A stretch of DNA of 63,765 nucleotides, the filler included, from Folioceros fuciformis (Eukaryota), in the NCBI GenBank assembly GCA_049999805.1. It is 7 parts of 7 records of this genome, joined end to end, with 100 filler letters (N's around TTAATTAATTAA, not from the genome) between each part and the next. Parts side by side here need not be neighbours in the genome. Positions count along the whole stretch, not along the records: positions 52,446 to 59,939 come from JBNGIO010004432.1; positions 60,040 to 63,765 come from JBNGIO010004433.1; 5 more parts are not named here. The stretch is one strand, 5' to 3'. The stretch's first letter is position 1; each line of letters opens with the position of its first letter. Positions 52,346-63,765 of the stretch are shown here, piece by piece. The notes beneath the pieces are model-generated. The model was not told the DNA's origin. It was given only the letters and a program-made list of their open reading frames with translations, and did not search any database. Made by a program: the position numbers and the translations under genes.

Positions 52346-52799
52346 NNNNNNNNNNNNNNNNNNNNNNNNNNNNNNNNNNNNNNNNNNNNTTAATTAATTA
52401 ANNNNNNNNNNNNNNNNNNNNNNNNNNNNNNNNNNNNNNNNNNNNCGGTATATCCATGTAATAAGTATCCCACTAGCATTTCGGCAAAAGGTTTCAATTG
52501 CATTTTTCGGCAAAGGGTTTCCATTGCATTTGTTTGGCAAAGGGTTTCCACTGCTCTACATTTTTTTCCCCAATGTTGGCAAGAGAGGCAACGTCAACAA
52601 CTCTAGCCGTATATAAACCCTTTCTCCTCCCAAACCATGACATTTTAACTACTATTGGTAATCATTAGGCTTCAAGGGCGATCTCTTAGTGTCCTTATTA
52701 TGATTTATCTCCCTCTCTATAGATAAATGGTTTTTCATCTTTTTCTTCTAAAATAAATAAACGATTGTATTTAAGTCTATCATGAAAAGTCTAAAATGA

Positions 52800-54180
52800 A
52801 ATTATGAAATATTAGGTCTAACATGAAACTATGAAATATTGGAGTTGGATGGGAAATCTACTATAGAATGCTTGGAACTAGATAGGAAAGTCTATCCAAA
52901 GTCTACAGTGAAATGCTCAGAGTCAGATGGGAAGGTCTACCATGAAATGCTCCGAGTCAAAGTTGGATGGGAAAGTCTACCACAAAAGGCAATGTCTCCC
53001 ATGAAATGTCTGAAGTGGAGGACAAATAAAAAAAGAGGAGGAGTACGTGAAAGTCTACCATGGCGAGAAGGGGGAGGGATTGAGCAAAGGCTACCTCTGC
53101 AGGAAAGAGGAGGGGTCGAGAAAAGTGTAAATTGGAATGCTCGAAGTGGAGAGAGAGCCAGAAAGAGAATGGGTCTTATCGAAGTGGAGGAGTTAGGACA
53201 GTCTACTAGAGTGGGCAGGGATGGGAAAATCTTTTAGAATGCATAAGGTTGCTCAAAATGAGAAAGGATAGGAATCCTATGAAATGTTAGAATTGGGGAA
53301 AAAGTAAGAACAAGAATGTTATGGAATGCTAAAAGTGGGAATGAATGCTTAAGGTGGGAACAAAGTGAGATAAGAATGCTATGGAACACTAGAAGTGGGC
53401 ACGTATGGGAAAGTATGGAATGTTAGGAGTGGGAATAGATGGAAAGTTAGAAGTGGGGATGAACGAAAAAGTGTACTATAGAATGTTAAAGGTGGGATGG
53501 ATGAAAGTGTCTACCATGAAACACTTGGAGTAGGGATAGAGGGAGGATGCGAAAGTGCACAATGGAACCTTGGAAGGGGGGATGAATGAGAAATTCTACC
53601 ATGCAATGCTCGAAGTGGAGACAAAGTGAGGTTGGGAAAATGTACCACGGGATATTGAAAGCAAGGACAGATTAAAAAGNNNNNNNNNNNNNNNNNNNNN
53701 NNNNNNNNNNNNNNNNNNNNNNNNNNNNNNNNNNNNNNNNNNNNNNNNNNNNNNNNNNNNNNNNNNNNNNNNNNNNNNNTGCGAACAAAGTAAAGAATGG
53801 AAACTCTACTATGAAATGCTACAAGTGGGGACTAATGGAAAAGTCTACCATGGAATATTGGAAGTGGGGGTGCATAGGGAAAGTCTCCTCTAGAATGCTT
53901 CAACTTTTCCATAGGGAAGCAAAAGTCTACTATTATAAAATGCTAGAAGTGGGAACGCACAGGAAAGTCTATCATTGAACACGCAAACTTTGCCATAGGG
54001 AAGAGAAAGTCTATAATAGAAAAGTCTATCATTGAACACGCAAACTTTGCCATAGGGAAGAGAAAGTCTATCATAGAATGGTGAAGTGGGGACAAGAAAG
54101 TTAGCCATAGGTACAAAAAAGTCTGCCATAGAGTTTTCCATAAGGAAGAAAAAGGCTACCATAGAATACTAGGAGTAGGA
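52800..54180 (+). repeat. Highly degenerate purine-rich satellite-like array (GAAAGTCTACCATG.AATGCT.GAAGTGGG units), with a younger ~58-bp duplication at ~53963-54072
   Basis: AAAGTCTA, AATGCT and AAGTGGG motifs recur in a fixed order. Confidence 0.75.
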
Positions 54181-54994
54181 ACGAGAACGTTCATGGGAGG
54201 AGTGGGTATATTAGAGCTCTTTGGCAAGCTTTTGTTAAAGAGAGATTTGTAAGAGGCTGGAGCACACCAACCCCCTTATAAGCACAACATGGTAGAAACA
54301 CTTCGAGGGCATTAGTATGCCACCATCCTCTGACATGTCACAACCTTAAGAGCTCATTAGGAGCTAGAGTGCTTTTGGCCATTTGTATGCTACATTGATA
54401 GGGTGGTCAAAACCATGATGGTTTTAATCATAATAGTTTCTACTGGTTTTGACTCTGATAATTTTTATCATCGTAGTTATGACATCATGGTTTCTACTAT
54501 GATAGTAGAAACTACAAAACCTTCCCTTGCTTTCTTGGAAGTCTATCTTGCTCTTGCTAAGACCAAGTTCCATAAAATCACTTAAATTTAAATGATTAAG
54601 TCACTTTAAAACAAGCATTTGGGGTTTATGTCTTTGCTTAAAAAGTTGGATATTAACTTCAAGAAGGAGCTTTGCATATTTCAATCCTTACAATTTTAGG
54701 TTGTCTCGTACAATGCTATATGTTAATCCTTTTACATATAACTTTTAGGGTTAGTACCCTTTTGGCCTTGTTCAGGTTGTTCCTCCAATCAGGTTGTTCC
54801 TCCAATCTTTGGAGTAGATGGTACTTTCCATCTTTTTTTCAATAATAGAAAATAACCTCATATAAACACACCCTTTTAGAATAGTATATACACTCTCCTA
54901 TGTATAGAAGGCAACATTCAACCTCTTTTATGCAGACTTTCTCTTATACCCTTATCATATATGATGAGATCATAAGCCATCTTGAACCTCCTTT

Positions 54995-55180
54995 CATGAT
55001 TATTTGGCTTAGAACCTTCTTTCAAGCTTTGATATTATGATTATTTGGCCTAGAACCTTCGTTTAGGCTTTGATATCATGATTATTTGGCCTAGAAGCTT
55101 CTTTCCTTTGATATCATGATTATTTGGCCTAGAACCTTCTTTCAAGCTTTGATATCATGATTATTTGGCTTAGAACCTTT
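54995..55180 (+). repeat. ~41-bp tandem repeat TCATGATTATTTGGCCTAGAACCTTCTTTCAAGCTTTGATA, 4-5 copies
   Basis: Directly visible. Confidence 0.9.
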
Positions 55181-55233
55181 TCTACCATGTTAGGCTTCGG
55201 GTTTAGGGTTCTAGGCCTTTTCTACCCTGTTAG

Positions 55234-55255
55234 GCTTTGATACCAATGTTAGGAA
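55234..55255 (-). mobile_element. tRNA-iMet-type primer-binding site (TGGTATCAAAGC) next to a probable LTR end (..AACA) of a minus-strand LTR element
   Basis: Plus strand GCTTTGATACCA-A-TGTT, one mismatch to TGGTATCAGAGC. Confidence 0.6.
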
Positions 55256-56556
55256 TCACGATTGAATAAATATTATAAAATTCAATAAAATAAGATGGAT
55301 AATCCATGCATAAATTATTAGCATGACTATCTTTGGATACGATGTACACTATCTCATCATGTCATGATCGAGTCATGATGTCGTTGACATTATCTTATAT
55401 AGTGCTTTAGGATGTAATTATAGTTTAGGTTTTTACATTTCCTAAGAAAACATTTATCAATTTCGTAGCCATATAGAAGTTCCGATTAAGATTGCAAAAG
55501 TGAAGGAAAAAGAAGCAAGAGCCAACAATCTTCTAAAGGTGGCTTGTGTATTCAATGGACGATGATGCTTTGCCCAAGGCTGTCCGATATGTGATCCAAG
55601 TTCATTGCATCCATGCTGCTGAGAAAGCAGCCGAGAAAGACTGTAAACAAGAATTTGAGCAGGATTAGGAGCATAAATGTCGTGAGCAACCGAAATCACT
55701 ATTAGAAAATGGATCACAGCGTGATAAATGGTTCATAATACTGCAGTAACCCATGGCTTGTTATCGGGATTGCAGACGGTTTTGATTTCCGGTCATCAAG
55801 TATAAAATATTCTACCTAAGCAGAACATTGGGCTCTCTTAGGCCTGGTGCAGCTCATTTATGTGTCACATGAGAATGGGCTGCTATGAGACTACAAGAAT
55901 CCTTCAGATCTGAATGTCTAGGATTATGCTCTCTATGGACATGACCTTGTCCTTGGCATCGTTTCCCGGCAGGCTGGTTTCTGACGGACAGGCTTGGAAA
56001 GCTTGCCTCCTTTGCTTTTCGTTTCTCACTTGTCACCTCAGGAGTTTTACTGACAACAGCGCCGGTCAGTCGGCACCTCGCACAGTGGAGCTTGATTACC
56101 ATTTCAGTGAAAAGCTCGCCGCTATCGCCGACACAAGGACTGGACTCCGCCTGGCTTCTGCTTTCCGTTCAAGAGGAAGATTGCCATGAAACTTTTGCTT
56201 CAATGAAAGTCGTCGCCGACCACATCGGCTGTTTTCCTCTAGCGTGAGGCATCCATTACAAGACACCAGTCAAATATTTCCACCAGACTTGTTAAGCGCC
56301 GCGGCGGTGGGTAGCACGAGAAGCTTTGCCTAGCACGGCTTGCCTGTCCTCTAGCAGGTTCTCCATTTATATCCACCACCAAGCCGATGGCCCATGTAGT
56401 ACATAGTTTGTGGCCTGTACAATATTTCGTATGAAAATACTTTCGTAGGCTTCGTATGTGTACGTGTATCACCAAACAAAACGGTAGACTTTGTTTCAGC
56501 GAGGCTTCGCTGAGATAAATTTCTTCATTCTTGAAGGCGAGAAATCAGAGCCGTCT

Positions 56557-57153
56557 TCAATTGTAACTATCGGGCAATTTCTGTGGACCATCTGCTAGGG
56601 GCTCGTGCTCGTGCTCAAATTGCTGAACATCGGCTTCCTTGGCTGCAAGCTCACAAGCTTGGATACATTCAGCCTCTATAACACATCGGCAAGCGATAGA
56701 AAATCTACCATCAGCAAGCGCATACATGCGTTGAGCCCTCTCCCTAAGATCTCTGGCCCTTGCTCGTTTTTCATTCGCTATTGTAATCAGAGCCGCAACT
56801 TCTGTATCCTCTTTGGCATCCTGATCAGAGGCTACCCGTTTGACGGATGTTCGCGAGGACAACAAAGTGGATGTGCCCACCAAGCCAACTTGATCACCAA
56901 ACATGGTGCGCTCTCCTTCCCGCAGCGTGTACTGCACGGAATTTTGCTGTACAAGCGCATGCTGATTCTCGACCGGTCGCTGAAGATCCCTCAAGATGTT
57001 GACTACTTCATCCCTTGGGGTGTCGAGTTCTCTTCCCACATTACTTCGTGTTCTTTGTGTCCTGCCACATGACATTTTCAATCCCTGGGCGCCTCGCTTG
57101 CATAACCAGCAATCTTCCTTACCAAAGAGTAGGTCCAAGTTCATTACTGTCAA
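56557..57153 (-). CDS. Hypothetical protein with predicted helical/coiled-coil C-terminus
   Basis: 198-codon open frame with protein-like composition and no recognised motif. Confidence 0.35.
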   Translation of the reverse strand: MTVMNLDLLFGKEDCWLCKRGAQGLKMSCGRTQRTRSNVGRELDTPRDEVVNILRDLQRPVENQHALVQQNSVQYTLREGERTMFGDQVGLVGTSTLLSSRTSVKRVASDQDAKEDTEVAALITIANEKRARARDLRERAQRMYALADGRFSIACRCVIEAECIQACELAAKEADVQQFEHEHEPLADGPQKLPDSYN

Positions 57154-58843
57154 AATGATAGGCTATGCATACTTATATAGCCTTCGGGCTCAATGGTATC
57201 TTTAATTTGAATCTACTTTTCTGGTACAATGTTATCCTGTATACCTGTAGGATGTTTTTATTAGATTCTAATATAGATGAATTATACAAATCCTACGAAC
57301 TTCTAACACTATTGATGGAGCTTCCTTTTCGCTGTTCATATTTATTTTTTAATCTCCCAAGATTAAAAAATAATTTTTACCTGGCATGTTTTTGTATCTG
57401 GCTGTATCCCTGTTTCTGAACCCTGCATGTTTTTGTATCTTGCTGTACATCAGGTGCTGACCACTGCATGTTTTGGTCAACCTGTAGCCCTGGTTTTGCT
57501 CGTTCCGGACTCTGGAGGCATCATCATGAGCTGATGACAGAACTAGGCCTTCGGGCTGCTGCTGTGAGGGTAGCTAGCTGTTGCACACGTATCTTGTGAT
57601 TGGGATGCCGAATCAGGAGGCAAATATCATTGTTACATGAAAAACCGTACTGTGTGCCAGTGGAACATGGAGATCTATGGTACAAAGGAATACCAATAGT
57701 ATCCTCATCAGATGCCACATAATGGGACAGGTAGACAATCTACATCCATATGCAACAAAGCAACCTGGAGAGTCGTGTGCACTCTTTTCAGGCACTTCTC
57801 ACATGCCGACTCCACACACCCGGCTCATGGGAGCATATTCCAAGGTGCTGCTGGATGACATCCCAGTAGGGTCACACAAGCAATGAAAGAGAACAAACCT
57901 TTTCTTTCAAACTGTTTTGTTGGTCGGTTGGCAGATCCCACGAGTGTCCGGATACGGTAGAAACTCTTGACTCATTTCGGTGTCTGTACTTGCAGTTCTT
58001 GACATGTGGCTTAGTCCGTTGAATCACTATCATGTGAGCTGCTTGTTTTAGGCAAAGTCATTCATATGTATGTAGCGCATAGCTATGTCTTTGCACGCAA
58101 GTTGCAGCAGAAGCTGGAGGACGCAAACATACTACTCTTTAGTGGTGCAGCTGCTCTGAGCGATGAAGTGCTGAAGAACCCTGCGTTGATGCGGGTATCA
58201 CGTGGCAAACGCAAGCTGAATATCGCTGAAAACTTTGTATGTGATACAGATATGACGTAACCTCAGCAGCCCATGTTTGTCTACTACTGGACAAGACGAA
58301 AGCACAGCAACCTGCCATGACCAAAACTACAGAGAAAGTTGGGTTTTGTGAGGATGAATGACACCTTTATTGAATGAGAAACTGTCACATCACGATGTCA
58401 GCTGGAACATTCTCCTACGCCTGGATATCATCGGACAAGGTGGGAGTGATAGGACTAGAGAAGACTGCATGTATACCAAGTTCTTCAAAAATGGAGCCCG
58501 GAAATTGAGATGGTAGGAGAGGAGGTCTGACTCAGTGCTGGAGAGTGCGTCACAAGATTTGAGAGGGTCAATGTCCATCTCGCAGTTTAATAGAGAGATT
58601 GTTGGACATCGGCTTCGATTCACCCGCCTGCTACAGCATGAGGCCGCTGAGCAAAGGGCTGAATCCCTGATCAAGACTCATCAAGCAAGAGAGGCTTGCT
58701 CTGTTTCCTTTCAATGGGCAGATAAGACATTGCATTGTGGGAAGCAATGAAGCTTATTTCCCCTCACCTCTGAAGAGCATTGCTAGAACAAAAGTTACAG
58801 GCATGACGTCACAGGATTCTGTTTTACCCCCCGCATGCTTTAG

Positions 58844-59939
58844 TTATCCTATGAGATATACTTTTCCACCCCTGGCTGGCTTTTCGGTATAATGAAGTGC
58901 TTTTCGATAATCAGCCAAATCAAACTTTTCTCCAGCCAAAGGCTGGAACACTTTCTTCTCTAAAAGCACCATAACTTCGTCTCCAAGTTTCTTCAACTCC
59001 GCCTNNNNNNNNNNNNNNNNNNNNNNNNNNNNNNNNNNNNNNNNNNNNNNNNNNNNNNNNNNNNNNNNNNNNNNNNNNNNNNNNNNNNNNNNNNNNNNNN
59101 NNNNGTGTTAAGTCTGGCAAAATCCACCATTCAACTTTCACTTTCCGCATCAGGTCTTGCAACCCGAGTTTGACATCCCAAGAAGCCAACGCTCCCCACA
59201 ATAGTAGCCTCCCTGACGCTTTCACACACGATGCCACCGTCTGCATTCAAATTACAATAGCTTAAATTGATTTTTGTGCAACCACCGCAACAGAAGAGAG
59301 AACGAAACAGAATGTACCAAAAATAGTTAAGAACAGAAAGACCGTTCTAGTTACCGGAGTTATGTCTCCAACCACTGCGTCAAACGCTGCGTACACAAGC
59401 TTGCCTCCTGTCACTTCCTTCACCTTCTGCAGCACATCTGCCAGCGGCAGCGAGTTGCGCACGATCAAAGAGAGGCACTAGTACTTCAAGGCTGCATAAA
59501 TGCATGCTTTCGATCTGGTTCCGCGTGTGGAATGAATTCAGTTTATGAACCTTCGTTGCAGGAATTGATGACAACATCAGCTCCAAGAGCTTCCAATTCC
59601 GCCTTTACAGAATCCCGCCTCACAATGTTGATAGTCTTGATGCCCCAGTGCCTGGCCAGCTGAATCACCTGCCTGCGCATGCACGATCGTGCGATGCACC
59701 CACATTCGGATTAAATGTGGCGGTGTCACGCTCGGGAGCTCACAACCGTGGCCCCCATCCCTTGGACAGCACCATTGGAATCCAAAAGGGCAAATCCATC
59801 GGGGCCGTTACCTTCCAATCACAGAGGAAGCAGCAGTCTGCAGCACGAACTCGCCCGCAGGGACTCCAACCTCCTTCAACAAGCCAGCAGCGGTGCACGA
59901 ATTCACGACGAACTGCGCAGCAGCCTCGTCGCTCACGCT
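58844..59939 (-). CDS. MDR-family NADPH-dependent quinone/enoyl reductase, 5' half cut by scaffold end
   Basis: AAQFVVNSCTA.GLL, GEFVLQTAASSVIGR|QVIQLA..GIKTINIVRR, LGADVVINS, VKEVTGGK..AFDAV, ARGGKVYLIG*. Confidence 0.88.
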
Positions 59940-61346
59940 NNNNNNNNNNNNNNNNNNNNNNNNNNNNNNNNNNNNNNNNNNNNTTAATTAATTAANNNNN
60001 NNNNNNNNNNNNNNNNNNNNNNNNNNNNNNNNNNNNNNNATCCATCAGTAGAGAGCAAATCCAAATTGATGGATGAAAAAAGGGAGGAAAAAAAGATGAG
60101 TGCACCAAAACAAGTCTCCCATCCGAGTGCTGATCCAACCCTAGGATGCTTATCTCTGGAGTTTTGAAAGAGCACGGGCTGCCCTCTCTACTCTCCTTGA
60201 GGATGAATTTGAGGTGTATATTTTTTGTACATATGAATCGCTGGAAGCGTAAATGAAACCAAGGAGGATCTTTGGGCACACCGATCGGAGGCGCCGATGA
60301 CCCACTCACAACGATTTCAAGCCAGGGCTGGTCGCGCCTACAGGGCGCCCTTCCTCTGCCAAGAATTAGGCGCCTCAACTTACGNNNNNNNNNNNNNNNN
60401 NNNNNNNNNNNNNNNNNNNNNNNNNNNNNNNNNNNNNNNNNNNNNNNNNNNNNNNNNNNNNNNNNNNNNNNNNNNNNNNNNNNNCTACAGGGCGCCCTTC
60501 CTCTGCCAAGAATTAGGCGCCTCAACTTACGAGAAATTGCTAATTGGAGCCTGATTGGGGAAGAGGGGGATTGGAGCTCATTCGATCTTAGTATCTCTAA
60601 ACTGGCTCAATTTCCCCCAATCTGCAGGCGTGAAGGGGGAGAAGGTATTCCCACAGAGGATGTGCCCCCCATTACTCAACTTCTGCCAAATGGTGCCAGA
60701 ATCGAACAAACTCTGTCAAGAATTGAGGCGGATCTAAGGGGGTGTGGAAGATTGCAGGATGAGAAGCAATTCTAGACTGATCCTGACCTGAAATACACCA
60801 AATTCAGAAACAGGGCTTTGCAGGAGGAGGCGCCCCGGCTCGTTGATCCAGCGCCCGCAGCCGATCGCACCTGCTGCAGGTGCTAGAGGCAATCGCAACG
60901 AGGCGCAAGGTGGTGCGAGGTGCAAGGCAACGAGGTGCCCTTGCCTCGCNNNNNNNNNNNNNNNNNNNNNNNNNNNNNNNNNNNNNNNNNNNNNNNNNNN
61001 NNNNNNNNNNNNNNNNNNNNNNNNNNNNNNNNNNNNNNNNNNNNNNNNNTATGTTTTCTTTGATAGTTTGTTTTTCGCCAGTATCTGAGCAAAGAAAAAA
61101 AAAGGAAGAGGAAGACGCTGAACGTGAAGCACGCCCATACCCCAAGAGAAATTAAAAGAAAGCAAGAGAGGGATAGTTATTTTCTTCAAGGATCTTTTGT
61201 CGGCACTTATGGAGGAGGGACCCTTCATTTTTTTCATTCACCCGCCACACCAACAACCCATGATGAGGACTCAACCTAATGTCCTATGACCACAACTCAT
61301 GGAGACGTGGTGAATCAGCTTATACAACACTTCAACTCACTTTCGC

Positions 61347-62981
61347 TTGATGCTAGTGGCTGCCATGGCTAGTACTCCTTCCACTAGCTCGATTCTCGTC
61401 TTCACCGACCACATTAGAGAGAAAGACCGCTTCAACAGCCAGCACTACCCTATGTGGCGCGTTCGGATGAAGTCGATCCTTGTTGGCCGAGGCGTTTGGA
61501 AGATCGTCGACGGCACCCTTCCAAAGCCCGACCCTTCTGCCACTGCACCCCCGCCAGTCGCCGTCGTTGAGAGATGGGACTATTTGAATGGGATAGTTGT
61601 GGCACTCCTGATCAGCGGCCTGGATTCAAGTCTTGTGCCTAGTGTTGAATTTCTTTCAGATGCATCTGCTATTTGGGATTAGTTGTCTAACACCTACAAT
61701 GTTAACAATGTTCTAACCTTGTATAGTATAAGGCAGGAATTCAACTCCTTAAGGATGAAGGAGATAGACACGATCTCTGCTCACACCTTAAAGTTCAGAT
61801 AGCTGCGAGGGCAGCTCGCCTCCCTTGGCTCAACCATGTCGGAGACCGATGCCGCTGCACAACTACTAATGAGCTTACCACCGTCTTACCATAATTTTGT
61901 AACTAGCCTGATGTTGGTATCAACTCAGGGTAAGGCAGGTACCGCCCCCACCCTAACAATGGAGGACAGTATGGGCACTCTGTATCAACAAGAGCAGAGC
62001 TGCCTTAGCTCTGCAGGACGGTCCAAGCCCGAGGCAGACAAGGCACTTTCAACCTGCTTCAAGCCCAGGGGGAATTCGAAGGGTGAGGCGAACTTCACCC
62101 CTAAAGGTGACTCAACCTCTGTGCCTCCTCACCGAGCTAGAAACTGCAATTGGTGCGGAGCTGCCGAGCATTGGGCTCGAGAGTGCCGCAAGAAAGAGGC
62201 CGGAGATCCGCAGAAGGCTGACTTGTGACAGGCAGCCAGTATCGTAGTTAAGGGGAACGCTAGCATAGTGGAGACAAAAACCGTAAAGATACTTACGGTT
62301 TGCCTCAACACCCAATTGCATGAAGATGTGGGGTGGTATCTCGACAGTGGAGCCACCGCCCACACATGCAACGATCGTACTCTAATCACCAACCTGGATA
62401 CTCATCCTTTTAGGGAAAGGGTTTTACTTGGTGACGAACAAAGCAAATCCAGCCTGCAAATCATGTGACAAGGCACTTGCGAATTTCCCCTCAAGGACAG
62501 TTCGGTGCTTACCTTGGAGCTTGTGCTCCTAGTCCCATAGATGGGCAAGAACCTGGTCTCCATGACTCAGTTGCTGAAGCAAGGCGATCTTAAGATGCTT
62601 GCTTCAAGGGGGTCATGCTACCTTTTCAGGACCACAAATCCTACCTTGTGCCTCTTTAGTGTTGTGCCTCAAGACAGCATATATAGGCTCCCATTAGCCT
62701 TCAGAGGGACGCATCAAAGAGGAGCATAGCGCTCCATGGGAGATAGCCTCCACCACTGGTCAGGTTACGTTCAGCTTAAGAGGGAGTGTTGCGTAATGGA
62801 TAATCTGCCCGTAACCCTGTTGACTAGCTAGTTACCATAGATCGTAATTAATAGTATTTAATAATTACAAACAGGTGTGCCTCTTCGGAAGAGACACCTA
62901 TTGACACTATTTAAGACACACTTTGTATACACTTTTTAGAGACTAACACGAAATATCTCTCTGAGCATTGCATCTTGATCA
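61347..62981 (+). mobile_element. Ty1/Copia remnant: gag, zinc knuckle and protease with stops, then PPT (62778-62786) and probable 3' LTR (62787 to ~62981); INT and RT absent
   Basis: FNSQHYPMWRVRMKSIL..VWKIVDG, CNWCGAAEHWAREC, WYLDSGATAHTCN, KNLVS. AAGAGGGAG is followed by TGTTG. Confidence 0.88.
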
Positions 62982-63765
62982 TATTGGACTAGATGCAATC
63001 CTGATCATGCTGGATAGATGCAATCCTACTGCTAGGATTTCAACACCCTGGCCACCACTTCTCAAAGCTTTACCAAACACTGCACACATGCACAGCCGGC
63101 ACACACATTGCTGTATCCAAGTAGGGACAGCCTGAGAGAGCTCGCAAAGTGACAACCTGCCTCCTACAAGCTCACCTGATCTTATACGAACCTCTCTCTC
63201 TTTGACTTCACCTCTCTCTAGCATGAGAAATATTATTTTAATAGGACCACTTGCCTAGCCGGCTGTCACCAGCCACTTATTTAGACTTTCCTAGCACATC
63301 TTGCCGCCAATGAGCTGGCCCTACGACCTGCTGACCCTACCACCACAGGTATCTACCACCTCTTAAACTACCCTGAGACTTTGAAGGATGCTTGATCTTC
63401 AAAGATCTGCGGACATCACCTCTTTCTTGCTTGATGGTCGCTTGCGAAGTCTTCCTCTGCAACTGTTCCCCCTTGGTGGCTGAGCCTACTTCTAGAAGAG
63501 GAGTATGAGCAGAGGGAAAGATAGAGAAGAGGTGGGAAGGAGTGGGATCAGCAGCCGGAACCTGGCCTAAAAACAGCAGGTTATTCAGTAGAATCAGCTT
63601 CCAATCGAAGTGGTTCCTCGGCCATGGAAGACTGACCTCAAGGTGCTGGAATAGGCCCCAAACTAGGAGGAAAAGAAAACAGGTGAAACAGAGTTGAGTT
63701 GGAATTTCTAGAATTAAATCCAGAAAAATAGGGGTGAAAATAGAAAAGGGGAAATTAGGAAAATA

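Noticed and set aside
60338..60531. Direct repeats flanking 100-N gaps (also ~21452-21582 and ~33565-33682)
   Set aside because: Most likely overlapping contig ends, an assembly artefact

Overview
Compact, GC-rich nuclear DNA from a land plant, with short (~100 bp) spliceosomal introns. This suggests a bryophyte-grade genome, and a hornwort is plausible but unproven. The window is seven draft scaffolds concatenated with artificial N-TTAATTAATTAA-N linkers (~8865, 24271, 35263, 43888, 52346, 59940), so synteny only holds within each piece. Piece 1 has a decayed PIF/Harbinger transposon (trihelix/Myb ORF plus DDE transposase). A 5'-truncated L1 LINE with a recognisable target-site duplication interrupts that transposase. 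Piece 2 has organellar mnmA, a plastid-type TPR membrane protein, an IDD zinc-finger TF and a Copia RT/RNaseH remnant. Piece 3 has two single-domain Gnk2/DUF26 proteins with atypical Cys spacing, a cyclophilin, CIA30/NDUFAF1 and NOT3. Piece 4 has a BODYGUARD-like hydrolase and a fully intronless fused alpha-beta glycyl-tRNA synthetase. Piece 5 has two convergent SPL genes, one SPL8-like with a long QA repeat and one with a miR156/529 site. Piece 6 has satellite-like repeats, an array of PBS-like repeats and an MDR-family reductase. Piece 7 has an internally deleted Copia element. No CRISPR array, rRNA or intact tRNA was found. I found no clearly novel multi-gene system. The best leads are the intronless GlyRS, the linked SPL pair, the divergent DUF26 pair and the nested LINE-in-Harbinger.
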